NCBI RefSeq assembly: GCF_009914755.1
Contig: NC_060942.1
Source of the DNA: the human T2T-CHM13v2.0 reference genome, Homo sapiens
DNA length: 64,000 nucleotides
Reading direction: 5' to 3' (one strand)
The notes beneath the pieces were generated by a model. It ran no database searches. It was not told the DNA's origin and saw nothing but the letters and a program-made list of their open reading frames with translations. Made by a program: the position numbers and the translations under genes. Shown here one piece after another: positions 38,286 through 53,200 of the stretch (position 1 is the first letter of the stretch; every line of letters begins with the position of its first letter).

Positions 38286-41200
38286 CATTCTCAGAAACTT
38301 GTTTGTGATGTGTGCCCTCTACTGACACAGTTGAACCTTTCTTTTCATAGAGCAGTTTCGAAACACTCTTTTTGTAGAATCTGCAAGAGGATATTTGCAT
38401 AGCTTTGAGGATTTCGTGGGAAACGGGATTGTCTTCAGGTAAAATCTAGACAGAAGCATTCTCAGAAACTTCTTTGGGATGTTTGCATTCAAGTCACAGA
38501 GTAGAACATTCCCTTTGGTAGAGCAGGTTTGAAACACTCTTTTTGTAGAGTGTGTAAGTGGACATTTGGAGCGCTTTCAGGCCTACGTTGGAAAAGGAAA
38601 TATCTTCCCATAACAACTAGACAGAAGCATTCTCAGAAACTAGTTTCTGATGTGTGTCCTCAACTAACACAGTTGAACATTTCTTTAGACAGAACAGTTT
38701 TGAAACACTCTTTTTGTGGAATCTGCAAGTGGATATTTGGCTAGATTTGAGGATTTCGTTGGAAACGGGATTACATATAAAAAGCAGACAGCAGCATTCT
38801 CAGAAACTTCTTTGTGATGATTGCATTCAAGTCACAGAATTGAACATTCCCTTTCACAGAGCAGGTTTGAAACACTCTTTTTGTAGTGTGTGTAAGTGTA
38901 CATTTGGAGCGCTTTTCGGCCTAAGGTGAACAAGGAAATATCTTCCCATAAAAACTAGACAGAAGCATTCTCAGAAAATTACTCGTGATGTGTGTCCTCA
39001 ATTAAAGGAGTACAACCTTTCTTTTCATAGAGAAGTTTTGAAACGCTCTTTTTGTGGAATCTGCAAGTGGATATTTGGCTAGTTTTGAGGATTTCGTTGG
39101 AAGCGGGAATTCATACAAATTGCAGACTGCAGCGTTCTGAGAAACATCTTTGTGATGTTTGTATTCAGGACACAGAGTTGAACATTCCCTATCATAGAGC
39201 AGGTTTGAATCACTCCTTTTGTAGTATCTGGAAGTGGACATTTGGAGCGCTTTCAGGCCTATGTTGGAAAAGGAAATATCTTCCCATAACAACTAGACAG
39301 AAGCATTCTCAGAAACTTATTTGAGATGTGTGTACTCAACTAAGAGAATTGAACCACCGTTTTGAAGGAGCAGTTTTGAAACACTCTTTTTCTGGAATCT
39401 GCAAGTGGATATTTGGCTAGCTTTGGGGATTTCGCTGGAAGCGGGAATACATATGAAAAGCACACAGCAGCGTTCTGAGAAACTGCTTTCTGATGTTTGC
39501 ATTCAAGTCAAAAGTTGAACACTCCCTTTCATAGAGCAGTCTTGAAACACCCCTTTTGTAGTATCTGGAACTGGACATTTGGAGCGCTTTCAGGGCTAAG
39601 GTGAAAAAGGAAATATCTTCCCATAAAAACTGGACAGAAGCATTCTCAGAAACTTGTTTATGCTGTATCTACTCAACTAACAAAGTTGAACCTTTCTTTT
39701 GAAAGAGCAGTTTTGAAATGCTCTTTTTGTGGAATCTGCAAGTGGATATTTGGCTAGGTTAGAGGATTTCGTTGGAAGCGGGAATTCATACAAATTGCAG
39801 ACTGCAGCGTTCTGAGAAACATCTTTGTGATGTTTGTATTCAGGACACAGAGTTGAACATTCCCTATCATCGAGCAGGTTGGAATCACTCCTTTTGTAGT
39901 ATCTGGAAGTGGACATTTGGAGCGCTTTCAGGCCTATGTTGAAAAAGGAAATATCTTCCTATAACAACTAGGCAGAAGCATTCTCAGAAACTTGTTTGTG
40001 ATGTGTGCCCTCTACTGACACAGTTGAACCTTTCTTTTCATAGAGCAGTTTCGAAACACTCTTTTTGTACAATCTGCAAGAGGATATTTGCATAGCTTTG
40101 AGGATTTCGTGGGAAACGGGATTGTCTTCAGGTAAAATCTAGACAGAAGCATTCTCAGAAACTTCTTTGGGATGTTTGCATTCAAGTCACAGAGTAGAAC
40201 ATTCCCTTTGGTAGAGCAGGTTTGAAACACTCTTTTTGTAGTGTGTGTAAGTGGACATTTGGAGCGCTTTCAGGCCTACGTTGGAAAAGGAAATATCTTC
40301 CCATAACAACTAGACAGAAACATTGTCAGAAACTAGTTTCTGATGTGTGTCCTCAACTAACACAGTTGAACATTTCTTTAGACAGAACAGTTTTGAAACA
40401 CTCTTTTTGTGGAATCTGCAAGTGGATATTTGGCTAGATTTGAGGATTTCGTTGGAAACGGGATTACATATAAAAAGCAGACAGCAGCATTCTCAGAAAC
40501 TTCTTTGTGATGATTGCATTCAAGTCACAGAATTGAACATTCCCTTTCACAGAGCAGGTTTGAAACACTCTTTTTGTAGTGTGTGTAAGTGTACATTTGG
40601 AGCGCTTTTCGGCCTAAGGTGAACAAGGAAATATCTTCCCATAAAAACTAGACAGAAGCATTCTCAGAAACTTACTCGTGATGTGTGTCCTCAACTAAAG
40701 GAGTAGAACCTTTCTTTTCATAGAGAAGTTTTGAAACGCTCTTTTTGTGGAATCTGCAAGTGGATATTTGGCTAGTTTGGAGGATTTCGTTGGAAGCGGG
40801 AATTCATACAAATTGCAGACTGCAGCGTTCTGAGAAACATCTTTGTGATGTTTGTATTCAGGACACAGAGTTGAACATTCCCTATCATAGAGCAGGTTGG
40901 AATCACTCCTTTTGTAGTATCTGGAAGTGGACATTTGGAGCGCTTTCAGGCCTATGTTGGAAAAGGAAATATCTTCCCATAACAACTAGACAGAAGCATT
41001 CTCAGAAACTTATTTGAGATGTGTGTACTCAACTAAGAGAATTGAACCACCGTTTTGAAGGAGCAGTTTTGAAACACTCTTTTTCTGGAATCTGCAAGTG
41101 GATATTTGGCTAGCTTTGGGGATTTCGCTGGAAGCGGGAATACATATAAAAAGCACACAGCAGCGTTCTGAGAAACTGCTTTCTGATGTTTGCATTCAAG

Positions 41201-44200
41201 TCAAAAGTTGAACACTCCCTTTCATAGAGCAGTCTTGAAACACCCCTTTTGTAGTATCTGGAACTGGACATTTGGAGAGCTTTCAGGGCTAAGGTGAAAA
41301 AGGAAATATCTTCCCATAAAAACTGGACAGAAGCATTCTCAGAAACTTGTTTATGCTGTATCTACTCAACTAACAAAGTTGAACCTTTCTTTTGATAGAG
41401 CAGTTTTGAAATGCTCTTTTTGTGGAATCTGCAAGTGGATATTTGGCTAGGTTAGAGGATTTCGTTGGAAGCGGGAATTCATACAAATTGCAGACTGCAG
41501 CGTTCTGAGAAACATCTTTGTGATGTTTGTATTCAGGACACAGAGTTGAACATTCCCTATCATAGAGCAGGTTGGAATCACTCCTTTTGTAGTATCTGGA
41601 AGTGGACATTTGGAGCGCTTTCAGGCCTATGTTGAAAAAGGAAATATCTTCCCATAACAACTAGGCAGAAGCATTCTCAGAAACTTGTTTGTGATGTGTG
41701 CCCTCTACTGACACAGTTGAACCTTTCTTTTCATAGAGCAGTTTCGAAACACTCTTTTTGTAGAATCTGCAAGAGGATATTTGCATAGCTTTGAGGATTT
41801 CGTGGGAAACGGGATTGTCTTCAGGTAAAATCTAGACAGAAGCATTCTCAGAAACTTCTTTGGGATGTTTGCATTCAAGTCACAGAGTAGAACATTCCCT
41901 TTGGTAGAGCAGGTTTGAAACACTCTTTTTGTAGTGTGTGTAAGTGGACATTTGGAGCGCTTTCAGGCCTACGTTGGAAAAGGAAATATCTTCCCATAAC
42001 AACTAGACAGAAGCATTCTCAGAAACTAGTTTCTGATGTGTGTCCTCAACTAACACAGTTGAACATTTCTTTAGACAGAACAGTTTTGAAACACTCTTTT
42101 TGTGGAATCTGCAAGTGGATATTTGGCTAGATTTGAGGATTTCGTTGGAAACGGGATTACATATAAAAAGCAGACAGCAGCATTCTCAGAAACTTCTTTG
42201 TGATGATTGCATTCAAGTCACAGAATTGAACATTCCCTTTCACAGAGCAGGTTTGAAACACTCTTTTTGTAGTGTGTGTAAGTGGACATTTGGAGCGCTT
42301 TCCGGCCTAAGGTGAACAAGGAAATATCTTCCCATAAAAACTAGACAGAAGCATTCTCAGAAACTTACTCGTGATGTGTGTCCTCAACTAAAGGAGTAGA
42401 ACCTTTCTTTTCATAGAGAAGTTTTGAAACGCTCTTTTTGTGGAATCTGCAAGTGGATATTTGGCTAGTTTGGAGGATTTCGTTGGAAGCGGGAATTCAT
42501 ACAAATTGCAGACTGCAGCGTTCTGAGAAACATCTTTGTGATGTTTGTATTCAGGACACAGAGTTGAACATTCCCTATCATAGAGCAGGTTGGAATCACT
42601 CCTTTTGTAGTATCTGGAAGTGGACATTTGGAGCGCTTTCAGGCCTATGTTGAAAAAGGAAATATCTTCCCATAACAACTAGGCAGAAGCATTCTCAGAA
42701 ACTTGTTTGTGATGTGTGCCCTCTACTGACACAGTTGAACCTTTCTTTTCATAGAGCAGTTTCGAAACACTCTTTTTGTACAATCTGCAAGAGGATATTT
42801 GCATAGCTTTGAGGATTTCGTGGGAAACGGGTTTGTCTTCAGGTAAAATCTAGACAGAAGCATTCTCAGAAACTTCTTTGGGATGTTTGCATTCAAGTCA
42901 CAGAGTAGAACATTCCCTTTGGTAGAGCAGGTTTGAAACACTCTTTTTGTAGTGTGTGTAAGTGGACATTTGGAGCGCTTTCAGGCCTACGTTGGAAAAG
43001 GAAATATCTTCCCATAACAACTAGACAGAAGCATTCTCAGAAACTAGTTTCTGATGTGTGTCCTCAACTAACACAGTTGAACATTTCTTTAGACAGAACA
43101 GTTTTGAAACACTCTTTTTGTGGAATCTGCAAGTGGATATTTGGCTAGATTTGAGGATATCGTTGGAAACGGGATTACATATAAAAAGCAGACAGCAGCA
43201 TTCTCAGAAACTTCTTTGTGATGATTGCATTCAAGTCACAGAATTGAACATTCCCTTTCACAGAGCAGGTTTGAAACACTCTTTTTGTAGTGTGTGTAAG
43301 TGGACATTTGGAGCGCTTTTCGGCCTAAGGTGAACAAGGAAATATCTTCCCATAAAAACTAGACAGAAGCATTCTCAGAAACTTACTCGTGATGTGTGTC
43401 CTCAACTAAAGGATTAGAACCTTTCTTTTCATAGAGAAGTTTTGAAACGCTCTTTTTGTGGAATCTGCAAGTGGATATTTGGCTAGTTTGGAGGATTTCG
43501 TTGGAAGCGGGAATTCATACAAATTGCAGACTGCAGCGTTCTGAGAAACATCTTTGTGATGTTTGTATTCAGGACGCAGAGTTGAACATTCCCTATCATA
43601 GAGCAGGTTGGAATCACTCCTTTTGTAGTATCTGGAAGTGGACATTTGGAGCGCTTTCAGGCCTATGTTGAAAAAGGAAATATCTTCCCATAACAACTAG
43701 ACAGAAGCATTCTCAGAAACTTGTTTGTGATGTGTGCCCTCTACTGACACAGTTGAATCTTTCTTTTCATAGAGCAGTTTCGAAACACTCTTTTTGTAGA
43801 ATCTGCAAGAGGATATTTGCATAGCTTTGAGGATTTCGTGGGAAACGGGATTGTCTTCAGGTAAAATCTAGACAGAAGCATTCTCAGAAACTTCTTTGGG
43901 ATGTTTGCATTCAAGTCACAGAGTAGAACATTCCCTTTGGTAGAGCAGGTTTGAAACACTCTTTTTGTAGTGTGTGTAAGTGGACATTTGGAGCGCTTTC
44001 TGGCCTACGTTGGAAAAGGAAATATCTTCCCATAACAACTAGACAGAAGCATTCTCAGAAACTAGTTTCTGATGTGTGTCCTCAACTAACACAGTTGAAC
44101 ATTTCTTTAGACAGAACAGTTTTGAAACACTCTTTTTGTGGAATCTGCAAGTGGATATTTGGCTAGATTTGAGGATTTCGTTGGAAACGGGATTACATAT

Positions 44201-47200
44201 AAAAAGCAGACAGCAGCATTCTCAGAAACTTCTTTGTGATGATTGCATTCAAGTCACAGAATTGAACATTCCTTTTCACAGAGCAGGTTTGAAACACTCT
44301 TTTTCTAGTGTGTGTAAGTGGACATTTGGAGCGCTTTCCAGCCTAAGGTGAACAAGGAAATATCTTCCCATAAAAACTAGACAGAAGCATTCTCAGAAAC
44401 TTACTCGTGATGTGTGTCCTCAACTAAAGGAGTAGAACCTTTCTTTTCATAGAGAAGTTTTGAAACGCTCTTTTTGTGGAATCTGCAAGTGGATATTTGG
44501 CTAGTTTGGAGGATTTCGTTGGAAGCGGGAACTCATACAAATTGCAGACTGCAGCGTTCTGAGAAACATCTTTGTGATGTTTGTATTCAGGACACAGAGT
44601 TGAACATTCCCTATCATAGAGCAGGTTGGAATCACTCCTTTTGTAGTATCTGGAAGTGGACATTTGGAGCGCTTTCAGGCCTATGTTGGAAAAGGAAATA
44701 TCTTCCCATAACAACTAGACAGAAGCATTCTCAGAAACTTATTTGAGATGTGTGTACTCAACTAAGAGAGTTGAACCACCGTTTTGAAGGAGCAGTTTTG
44801 AAACACTCTTTTTCTGGAATCTGCAAGTGGATATTTGGCTAGCTTTGGGGATTTCGCTGGAAGCGGGAATACATATAAAAAGCACACAGCAGCGTTCTGA
44901 GAAACTGCTTTCTGATGTTTGCATTCAAGTCAAAAGTTGAACACTCCCTTTCATAGAGCAGTCTTGAAACACCCCTTTTGTAGTATCTGGAACTGGACAT
45001 TTGGAGCGCTTTCAGGGCTCAAGTGAAAAAGGAAATATCTTCCCATAAAAACTGGACAGAAGCATTCTCAGAAACTTGTTTATGCTGTATCTACTCAACT
45101 AACAAAGTTGAACCTTTCTTTTGATAGAGCAGTTTTGAAATGCTCTTTTTGTGGAATCTGCAAGTGGATATTTGGCTAGGTTAGAGGATTTCGTTGGAAG
45201 CGGGAATTCATACAAATTGCAGACTGCAGCGTTCTGAGAAACATCTTTGTGATGTTTGTATTCAGGACACAGAGTAGAACATTCCCTATCATAGAGCAGG
45301 TTGGAATCACTCCTTTTGTAGTATCTGGAAGTGGACATTTGGAGCGCTTTCAGGCCTATGTTGAAAAAGGAAATATCTTCCCATAACAACTAGACAGAAG
45401 CATTCTCAGAAACTTGTTTGTGATGTGTGCCCTCTACTGACACAGTTGAACCTTTCTTTAAATAGAGCAGTTTCGAAACACTCTTTTTGTAGAATCTGCA
45501 AGAGGATATTTGCATAGCTTTGAGGATTTCGTGGGAAACGGGATTGTCTTCAGGTAAAATCTAGACAGAAGCATTCTCAGAAACTTCTTTGGGATGTTTG
45601 CATTCAAGTCACAGAGTAGAACATTCCCTTTGGTAGAGCAGGTTTGAAACACTCTTTTTGTAGTGTGTGTAAGTGGACATTTGGAGCGCTTTCAGGCCTA
45701 CGTTGGAAAAGGAAATATCTTCCCATAACAACTAGACAGAAGCATTCTCAGAAACTAGTTTCTGATGTGTGTCCTCAACTAACACAGTTGAACATTTCTT
45801 TAGACAGAACAGTTTTGAAACACTCTTTTTGTGGAATCTGCAAGTGGATATTTGGCTAGATTTGAGGATATCGTTGGAAACGGGATTACATATAAAAAGC
45901 AGACAGCAGCATTCTCAGAAACTTCTTTGTGATGATTGCATTCAAGTCACAGAATTGAACATTCCCTTTCACAGAGCAGGTTTGAAACACTCTTTTTGTA
46001 GTGTGTGTAAGTGGACATTTGGAGCGCTTTTCGGCCTAAGGTGAACAAGGAAATATCTTCCCATAAAAACTAGACAGAAGCATTCTCAGAAACTTACTCG
46101 TGATGTGTGTCCTCAACTAAAGGATTAGAACCTTTCTTTTCATAGAGAAGTTTTGAAACGCTCTTTTTGTGGAATCTGCAAGTGGATATTTGGCTAGTTT
46201 GGAGGATTTCGTTGGAAGCGGGAATTCATACAAATTGCAGACTGCAGCGTTCTGAGAAACATCTTTGTGATGTTTGTATTCAGGACGCAGAGTTGAACAT
46301 TCCCTATCATAGAGCAGGTTGGAATCACTCCTTTTGTAGTATCTGGAAGTGGACATTTGGAGCGCTTTCAGGCCTATGTTGAAAAAGGAAATATCTTCCC
46401 ATAACAACTAGACAGAAGCATTCTCAGAAACTTGTTTGTGATGTGTGCCCTCTACTGACACAGTTGAATCTTTCTTTTCATAGAGCAGTTTCGAAACACT
46501 CTTTTTGTAGAATCTGCAAGAGGATATTTGCATAGCTTTGAGGATTTCGTGGGAAACGGGATTGTCTTCAGGTAAAATCTAGACAGAAGCATTCTCAGAA
46601 ACTTCTTTGGGATGTTTGCATTCAAGTCACAGAGTAGAACATTCCCTTTGGTAGAGCAGGTTTGAAACACTCTTTTTGTAGTGTGTGTAAGTGGACATTT
46701 GGAGCGCTTTCTGGCCTACGTTGGAAAAGGAAATATCTTCCCATAACAACTAGACAGAAGCATTCTCAGAAACTAGTTTCTGATGTGTGTCCTCAACTAA
46801 CACAGTTGAACATTTCTTTAGACAGAACAGTTTTGAAACACTCTTTTTGTGGAATCTGCAAGTGGATATTTGGCTAGATTTGAGGATTTCGTTGGAAACG
46901 GGATTACATATAAAAAGCAGACAGCAGCATTCTCAGAAACTTCTTTGTGATGATTGCATTCAAGTCACAGAATTGAACATTCCTTTTCACAGAGCAGGTT
47001 TGAAACACTCTTTTTCTAGTGTGTGTAAGTGGACATTTGGAGCGCTTTCCAGCCTAAGGTGAACAAGGAAATATCTTCCCATAAAAACTAGACAGAAGCA
47101 TTCTCAGAAACTTACTCGTGATGTGTGTCCTCAACTAAAGGAGTAGAACCTTTCTTTTCATAGAGAAGTTTTGAAACGCTCTTTTTGTGGAATCTGCAAG

Positions 47201-50200
47201 TGGATATTTGGCTAGTTTGGAGGATTTCGTTGGAAGCGGGAACTCATACAAATTGCAGACTGCAGCGTTCTGAGAAACATCTTTGTGATGTTTGTATTCA
47301 GGACACAGAGTTGAACATTCCCTATCATAGAGCAGGTTGGAATCACTCCTTTTGTAGTATCTGGAAGTGGACATTTGGAGCGCTTTCAGGCCTATGTTGG
47401 AAAAGGAAATATCTTCCCATAACAACTAGACAGAAGCATTCTCAGAAACTTATTTGAGATGTGTGTACTCAACTAAGAGAATTGAACCACCGTTTTGAAG
47501 GAGCAGTTTTGAAACACTCTTTTTCTGGAATCTGCAAGTGGATATTTGGCTAGCTTTGGGGATTTCGCTGGAAGCGGGAATACATATAAAAAGCACACAG
47601 CAGCGTTCTGAGAAACTGCTTTCTGATGTTTGCATTCAAGTCAAAAGTTGAACACTCCCTTTCATAGAGCAGTCTTGAAACACCCCTTTTGTAGTATCTG
47701 GAACTGGACATTTGGAGCGCTTTCAGGGCTCAAGTGAAAAAGGAAATATCTTCCCATAAAAACTGGACAGAAGCATTCTCAGAAACTTGTTTATGCTGTA
47801 TCTACTCAACTAACAAAGTTGAACCTTTCTTTTGATAGAGCAGTTTTGAAATGCTCTTTTTGTGGAATCTGCAAGTGGATATTTGGCTAGGTTAGAGGAT
47901 TTCGTTGGAAGCGGGAATTCATACAAATTGCAGACTGCAGCGTTCTGAGAAACATCTTTGTGATGTTTGTATTCAGGACACAGAGTAGAACATTCCCTAT
48001 CATAGAGCAGGTTGGAATCACTCCTTTTGTAGTATCTGGAAGTGGACATTTGGAGCGCTTTCAGGCCTATGTTGAAAAAGGAAATATCTTCCCATAACAA
48101 CTAGACAGAAGCATTCTCAGAAACTTGTTTGTGATGTGTGCCCTCTACTGACACAGTTGAACCTTTCTTTTCATAGAGCAGTTTCGAAACACTCTTTTTG
48201 TAGAATCTGCAAGAGGATATTTGCATAGCTTTGAGGATTTCGTGGGAAACGGGATTGTCTTCAGGTAAAATCTAGACAGAAGCATTCTCAGAAACTTCTT
48301 TGGGATGTTTGCATTCAAGTCACAGAGTAGAACATTCCCTTTGGTAGAGCAGGTTTGAAACACTCTTTTTGTAGTGTGTGTAAGTGGACATTTGGAGCGC
48401 TTTCAGGCCTACGTTGGAAAAGGAAATATCTTCCCATAACAACTAGACAGAAGCATTCTCAGAAACTAGTTTCTGATGTGTGTCCTCAACTAACACAGTT
48501 GAACATTTCTTTAGACAGAACAGTTTTGAAACACTCTTTTTGTGGAATCTGCAAGTGGATATTTGGCTAGATTTGAGGATTTCGTTGGAAACGGGATTAC
48601 ATATAAAAAGCAGACAGCAGCATTCTCAGAAACTTCTTTGTGATGATTGCATTCAAGTCACAGAATTGAACATTCCCTTTCACAGAGCAGGTTTGAAACA
48701 CTCTTTTTGTAGTGTGTGTAAGTGGACATTTGGAGCGCTTTCCGGCCTAAGGTGAACAAGGAAATATCTTCCCATAAAAACTAGACAGAAGCATTCTCAG
48801 AAACTTACTCGTGATGTGTGTCCTCAACTAAAGGATTAGAACCTTTCTTTTCATAGAGAAGTTTTGAAACGCTCTTTTTGTGGAATCTGCAAGTGGATAT
48901 TTGGCTAGTTTGGAGGATTTCGTTGGAAGCGGGAATTCATACAAATTGCAGACTGCAGCGTTCTGAGAAACATCTTTGTGATGTTTGTATTCAGGACACA
49001 GAGTTGAACATTCCCTATCATAGAGCAGGTTGGAATCACTCCTTTTGTAGTATCTGGAAGTGGACATTTGGAGCGCTTTCAGGCCTATGTTGGAAAAGGA
49101 AATATCTTCCCATAACAACTAGACAGAAGCATTCTCAGAAACTTATTTGAGATGTGTGTACTCAACTAAGAGAATTGAACCACCGTTTTGAAGGAGCAGT
49201 TTTGAAACACTCTTTTTCTGGAATCTGCAAGTGGATATTTGGCTAGCTTTGGGGATTTCGCTGGAAGCGGGAATACATATAAAAAGCACACAGCAGCGTT
49301 CTGAGAAACTGCTTTCTGATGTTTGCATTCAAGTCAAAAGTTGAACACTCCCTTTCATAGAGCAGTCTTGAAACACCCCTTTTGTAGTATCTGGAACTGG
49401 ACATTTGGAGCGCTTTCAGGGCTAAGGTGAAAAAGGAAATATCTTCCCATAAAAACTGGACAGAAGCATTCTCAGAAACTTGTTTATGCTGTATCTACTC
49501 AACTAACAAAGTTGAACCTTTCTTTTGAAAGAGCAGTTTTGAAATGCTCTTTTTGTGGAATCTGCAAGTGGATATTTGTCTAGGTTAGAGGATTTCGTTG
49601 GAAGCGGGAATTCATACAAATTGCAGACTGCAGCGTTCTGAGAAACATCTTTGTGATGTTTGTATTCAGGACACAGAGTTGAACATTCCCTATCATCGAG
49701 CAGGTTGGAATCACTCCTTTTGTAGTATCTGGAAGTGGACATTTGGAGCGCTTTCAGGCCTATGTTGAAAAAGGAAATATCTTCCTATAACAACTAGGCA
49801 GAAGCATTCTCAGAAACTTGTTTGTGATGTGTGCCCTCTACTGACACAGTTGAACCTTTCTTTTCATAGAGCAGTTTCGAAACACTCTTTTTGTACAATC
49901 TGCAAGAGGATATTTGCATAGCTTTGAGGATTTCGTGGGAAACGGGATTGTCTTCAGGTAAAATCTAGACAGAAGCATTCTCAGAAACTTCTTTGGGATG
50001 TTTGCATTCAAGTCACAGAGTAGAACATTCCCTTTGGTAGAGCAGGTTTGAAACACTCTTTTTGTAGTGTGTGTAAGTGGACATTTGGAGCGCTTTCAGG
50101 CCTACGTTGGAAAAGGAAATATCTTCCCATAACAACTAGACAGAAACATTGTCAGAAACTAGTTTCTGATGTGTGTCCTCAACTAACACAGTTGAACATT

Positions 50201-53200
50201 TCTTTAGACAGAACAGTTTTGAAACACTCTTTTTGTGGAATCTGCAAGTGGATATTTGGCTAGATTTGAGGATTTCGTTGGAAACGGGATTACATATAAA
50301 AAGCAGACAGCAGCATTCTCAGAAACTTCTTTGTGATGATTGCATTCAAGTCACAGAATTGAACATTCCCTTTCACAGAGCAGGTTTGAAACACTCTTTT
50401 TGTAGTGTGTGTAAGTGTACATTTGGAGCGCTTTTCGGCCTAAGGTGAACAAGGAAATATCTTCCCATAAAAACTAGACAGAAGCATTCTCAGAAACTTA
50501 CTCGTGATGTGTGTCCTCAACTAAAGGAGTAGAACCTTTCTTTTCATAGAGAAGTTTTGAAACGCTCTTTTTGTGGAATCTGCAAGTGGATATTTGGCTA
50601 GTTTGGAGGATTTCGTTGGAAGCGGGAATTCATACAAATTGCAGACTGCAGCGTTCTGAGAAACATCTTTGTGATGTTTGTATTCAGGACACAGAGTTGA
50701 ACATTCCCTATCATAGAGCAGGTTGGAATCACTCCTTTTGTAGTATCTGGAAGTGGACATTTGGAGCGCTTTCAGGCCTATGTTGGAAAAGGAAATATCT
50801 TCCCATAACAACTAGACAGAAGCATTCTCAGAAACTTATTTGAGATGTGTGTACTCAACTAAGAGAATTGAACCACCGTTTTGAAGGAGCAGTTTTGAAA
50901 CACTCTTTTTCTGGAATCTGCAAGTGGATATTTGGCTAGCTTTGGGGATTTCGCTGGAAGCGGGAATACATATAAAAAGCACACAGCAGCGTTCTGAGAA
51001 ACTGCTTTCTGATGTTTGCATTCAAGTCAAAAGTTGAACACTCCCTTTCATAGAGCAGTCTTGAAACACCCCTTTTGTAGTATCTGGAACTGGACATTTG
51101 GAGCGCTTTCAGGGCTAAGGTGAAAAAGGAAATATCTTCCCATAAAAACTGGACAGAAGCATTCTCAGAAACTTGTTTATGCTGTATCTACTCAACTAAC
51201 AAAGTTGAACCTTTCTTTTGATAGAGCAGTTTTGAAATGCTCTTTTTGTGGAATCTGCAAGTGGATATTTGGCTAGGTTAGAGGATTTCGTTGGAAGCGG
51301 GAATTCATACAAATTGCAGACTGCAGCGTTCTGAGAAACATCTTTGTGATGTTTGTATTCAGGACACAGAGTTGAACATTCCCTATCATCGAGCAGGTTG
51401 GAATCACTCCTTTTGTAGTATCTCGAAGTGGACATTTGGAGCGCTTTCAGGCCTATGTTGAAAAAGGAAATATCTTCCTATAACAACTAGGCAGAAGCAT
51501 TCTCAGAAACTTGTTTGGATGTGTGCCCTCTACTGACACAGTTGAACCTTTCTTTTCATAGAGCAGTTTCGAAACACTCTTTTTGTACAATCTGCAAGAG
51601 GATATTTGCATAGCTTTGAGGATTTCGTGGGAAACGGGATTGTCTTCAGGTAAAATCTAGACAGAAGCATTCTCAGAAACTTCTTTGGGATGTTTGCATT
51701 CAAGTCACAGAGTAGAACATTCCCTTTGGTAGAGCAGGTTTGAAACACTCTTTTTGTAGTGTGTGTAAGTGGACATTTGGAGCGCTTTCAGGCCTACGTT
51801 GGAAAAGGAAATATCTTCCCATAACAACTAGACAGAAACATTGTCAGAAACTAGTTTCTGATGTGTGTCCTCAACTAACACAGTTGAACATTTCTTTAGA
51901 CAGAACAGTTTTGAAACACTCTTTTTGTGGAATCTGCAAGTGGATATTTGGCTAGATTTGAGGATTTCGTTGGAAACGGGATTACATATAAAAAGCAGAC
52001 AGCAGCATTCTCAGAAACTTCTTTGTGATGATTGCATTCAAGTCACAGAATTGAACATTCCCTTTCACAGAGCAGGTTTGAAACACTCTTTTTGTAGTGT
52101 GTGTAAGTGGACATTTGGAGCGCTTTTCGGCCTAAGGTGAACAAGGAAATATCTTCCCATAAAAACTAGACAGAAGCATTCTCAGAAACTTACTCGTGAT
52201 GTGTGTCCTCAACTAAAGGAGTAGAACCTTTCTTTTCATAGAGAAGTTTTGAAACGCTCTTTTTGTGGAATCTGCAAGTGGATATTTGGCTAGTTTGGAG
52301 GATTTCGTTGGAAGCGGGAATTCATACAAATTGCAGACTGCAGCGTTCTGAGAAACATCTTTGTGATGTTTGTATTCAGGACACAGAGTTGAACATTCCC
52401 TATCATAGAGCAGGTTGGAATCACTCCTTTTGTAGTATCTGGAAGTGGACATTTGGAGCGCTTTCAGGCCTATGTTGGAAAAGGAAATATCTTCCCATAA
52501 CAACTAGACAGAAGCATTCTCAGAAACTTATTTGAGATGTGTGTACTCAACTAAGAGAATTGAACCACCGTTTTGAAGGAGCAGTTTTGAAACACTCTTT
52601 TTCTGGAATCTGCAAGTGGATATTTGGCTAGCTTTGGTGATTTCGCTGGAAGCGGGAATACATATAAAAAGCACACAGCAGCGTTCTGAGAAACTGCTTT
52701 CTGATGTTTGCATTCAAGTCAAAAGTTGAACACTCCCTTTCATAGAGCAGTCTTGAAACACCCCTTTTGTAGTATCTGGAACTGGACATTTGGAGCGCTT
52801 TCAGGGCTAAGGTGAAAAAGGAAATATCTTCCCATAAAAACTGGACAGAAGCATTCTCAGAAACTTGTTTATGCTGTATCTACTCAACTAACAAAGTTGA
52901 ACCTTTCTTTTGATAGAGCAGTTTTGAAATGCTCTTTTTGTGGAATCTGCAAGTGGATATTTGGCTAGGTTAGAGGATTTCGTTGGAAGCGGGAATTCAT
53001 ACAAATTGCAGACTGCAGCGTTCTGAGAAACATCTTTGTGATGTTTGTATTCAGGACACAGAGTTGAACATTCCCTATCATCGAGCAGGTTGGAATCACT
53101 CCTTTTGTAGTATCTCGAAGTGGACATTTGGAGCGCTTTCAGGCCTATGTTGAAAAAGGAAATATCTTCCTATAACAACTAGGCAGAAGCATTCTCAGAA

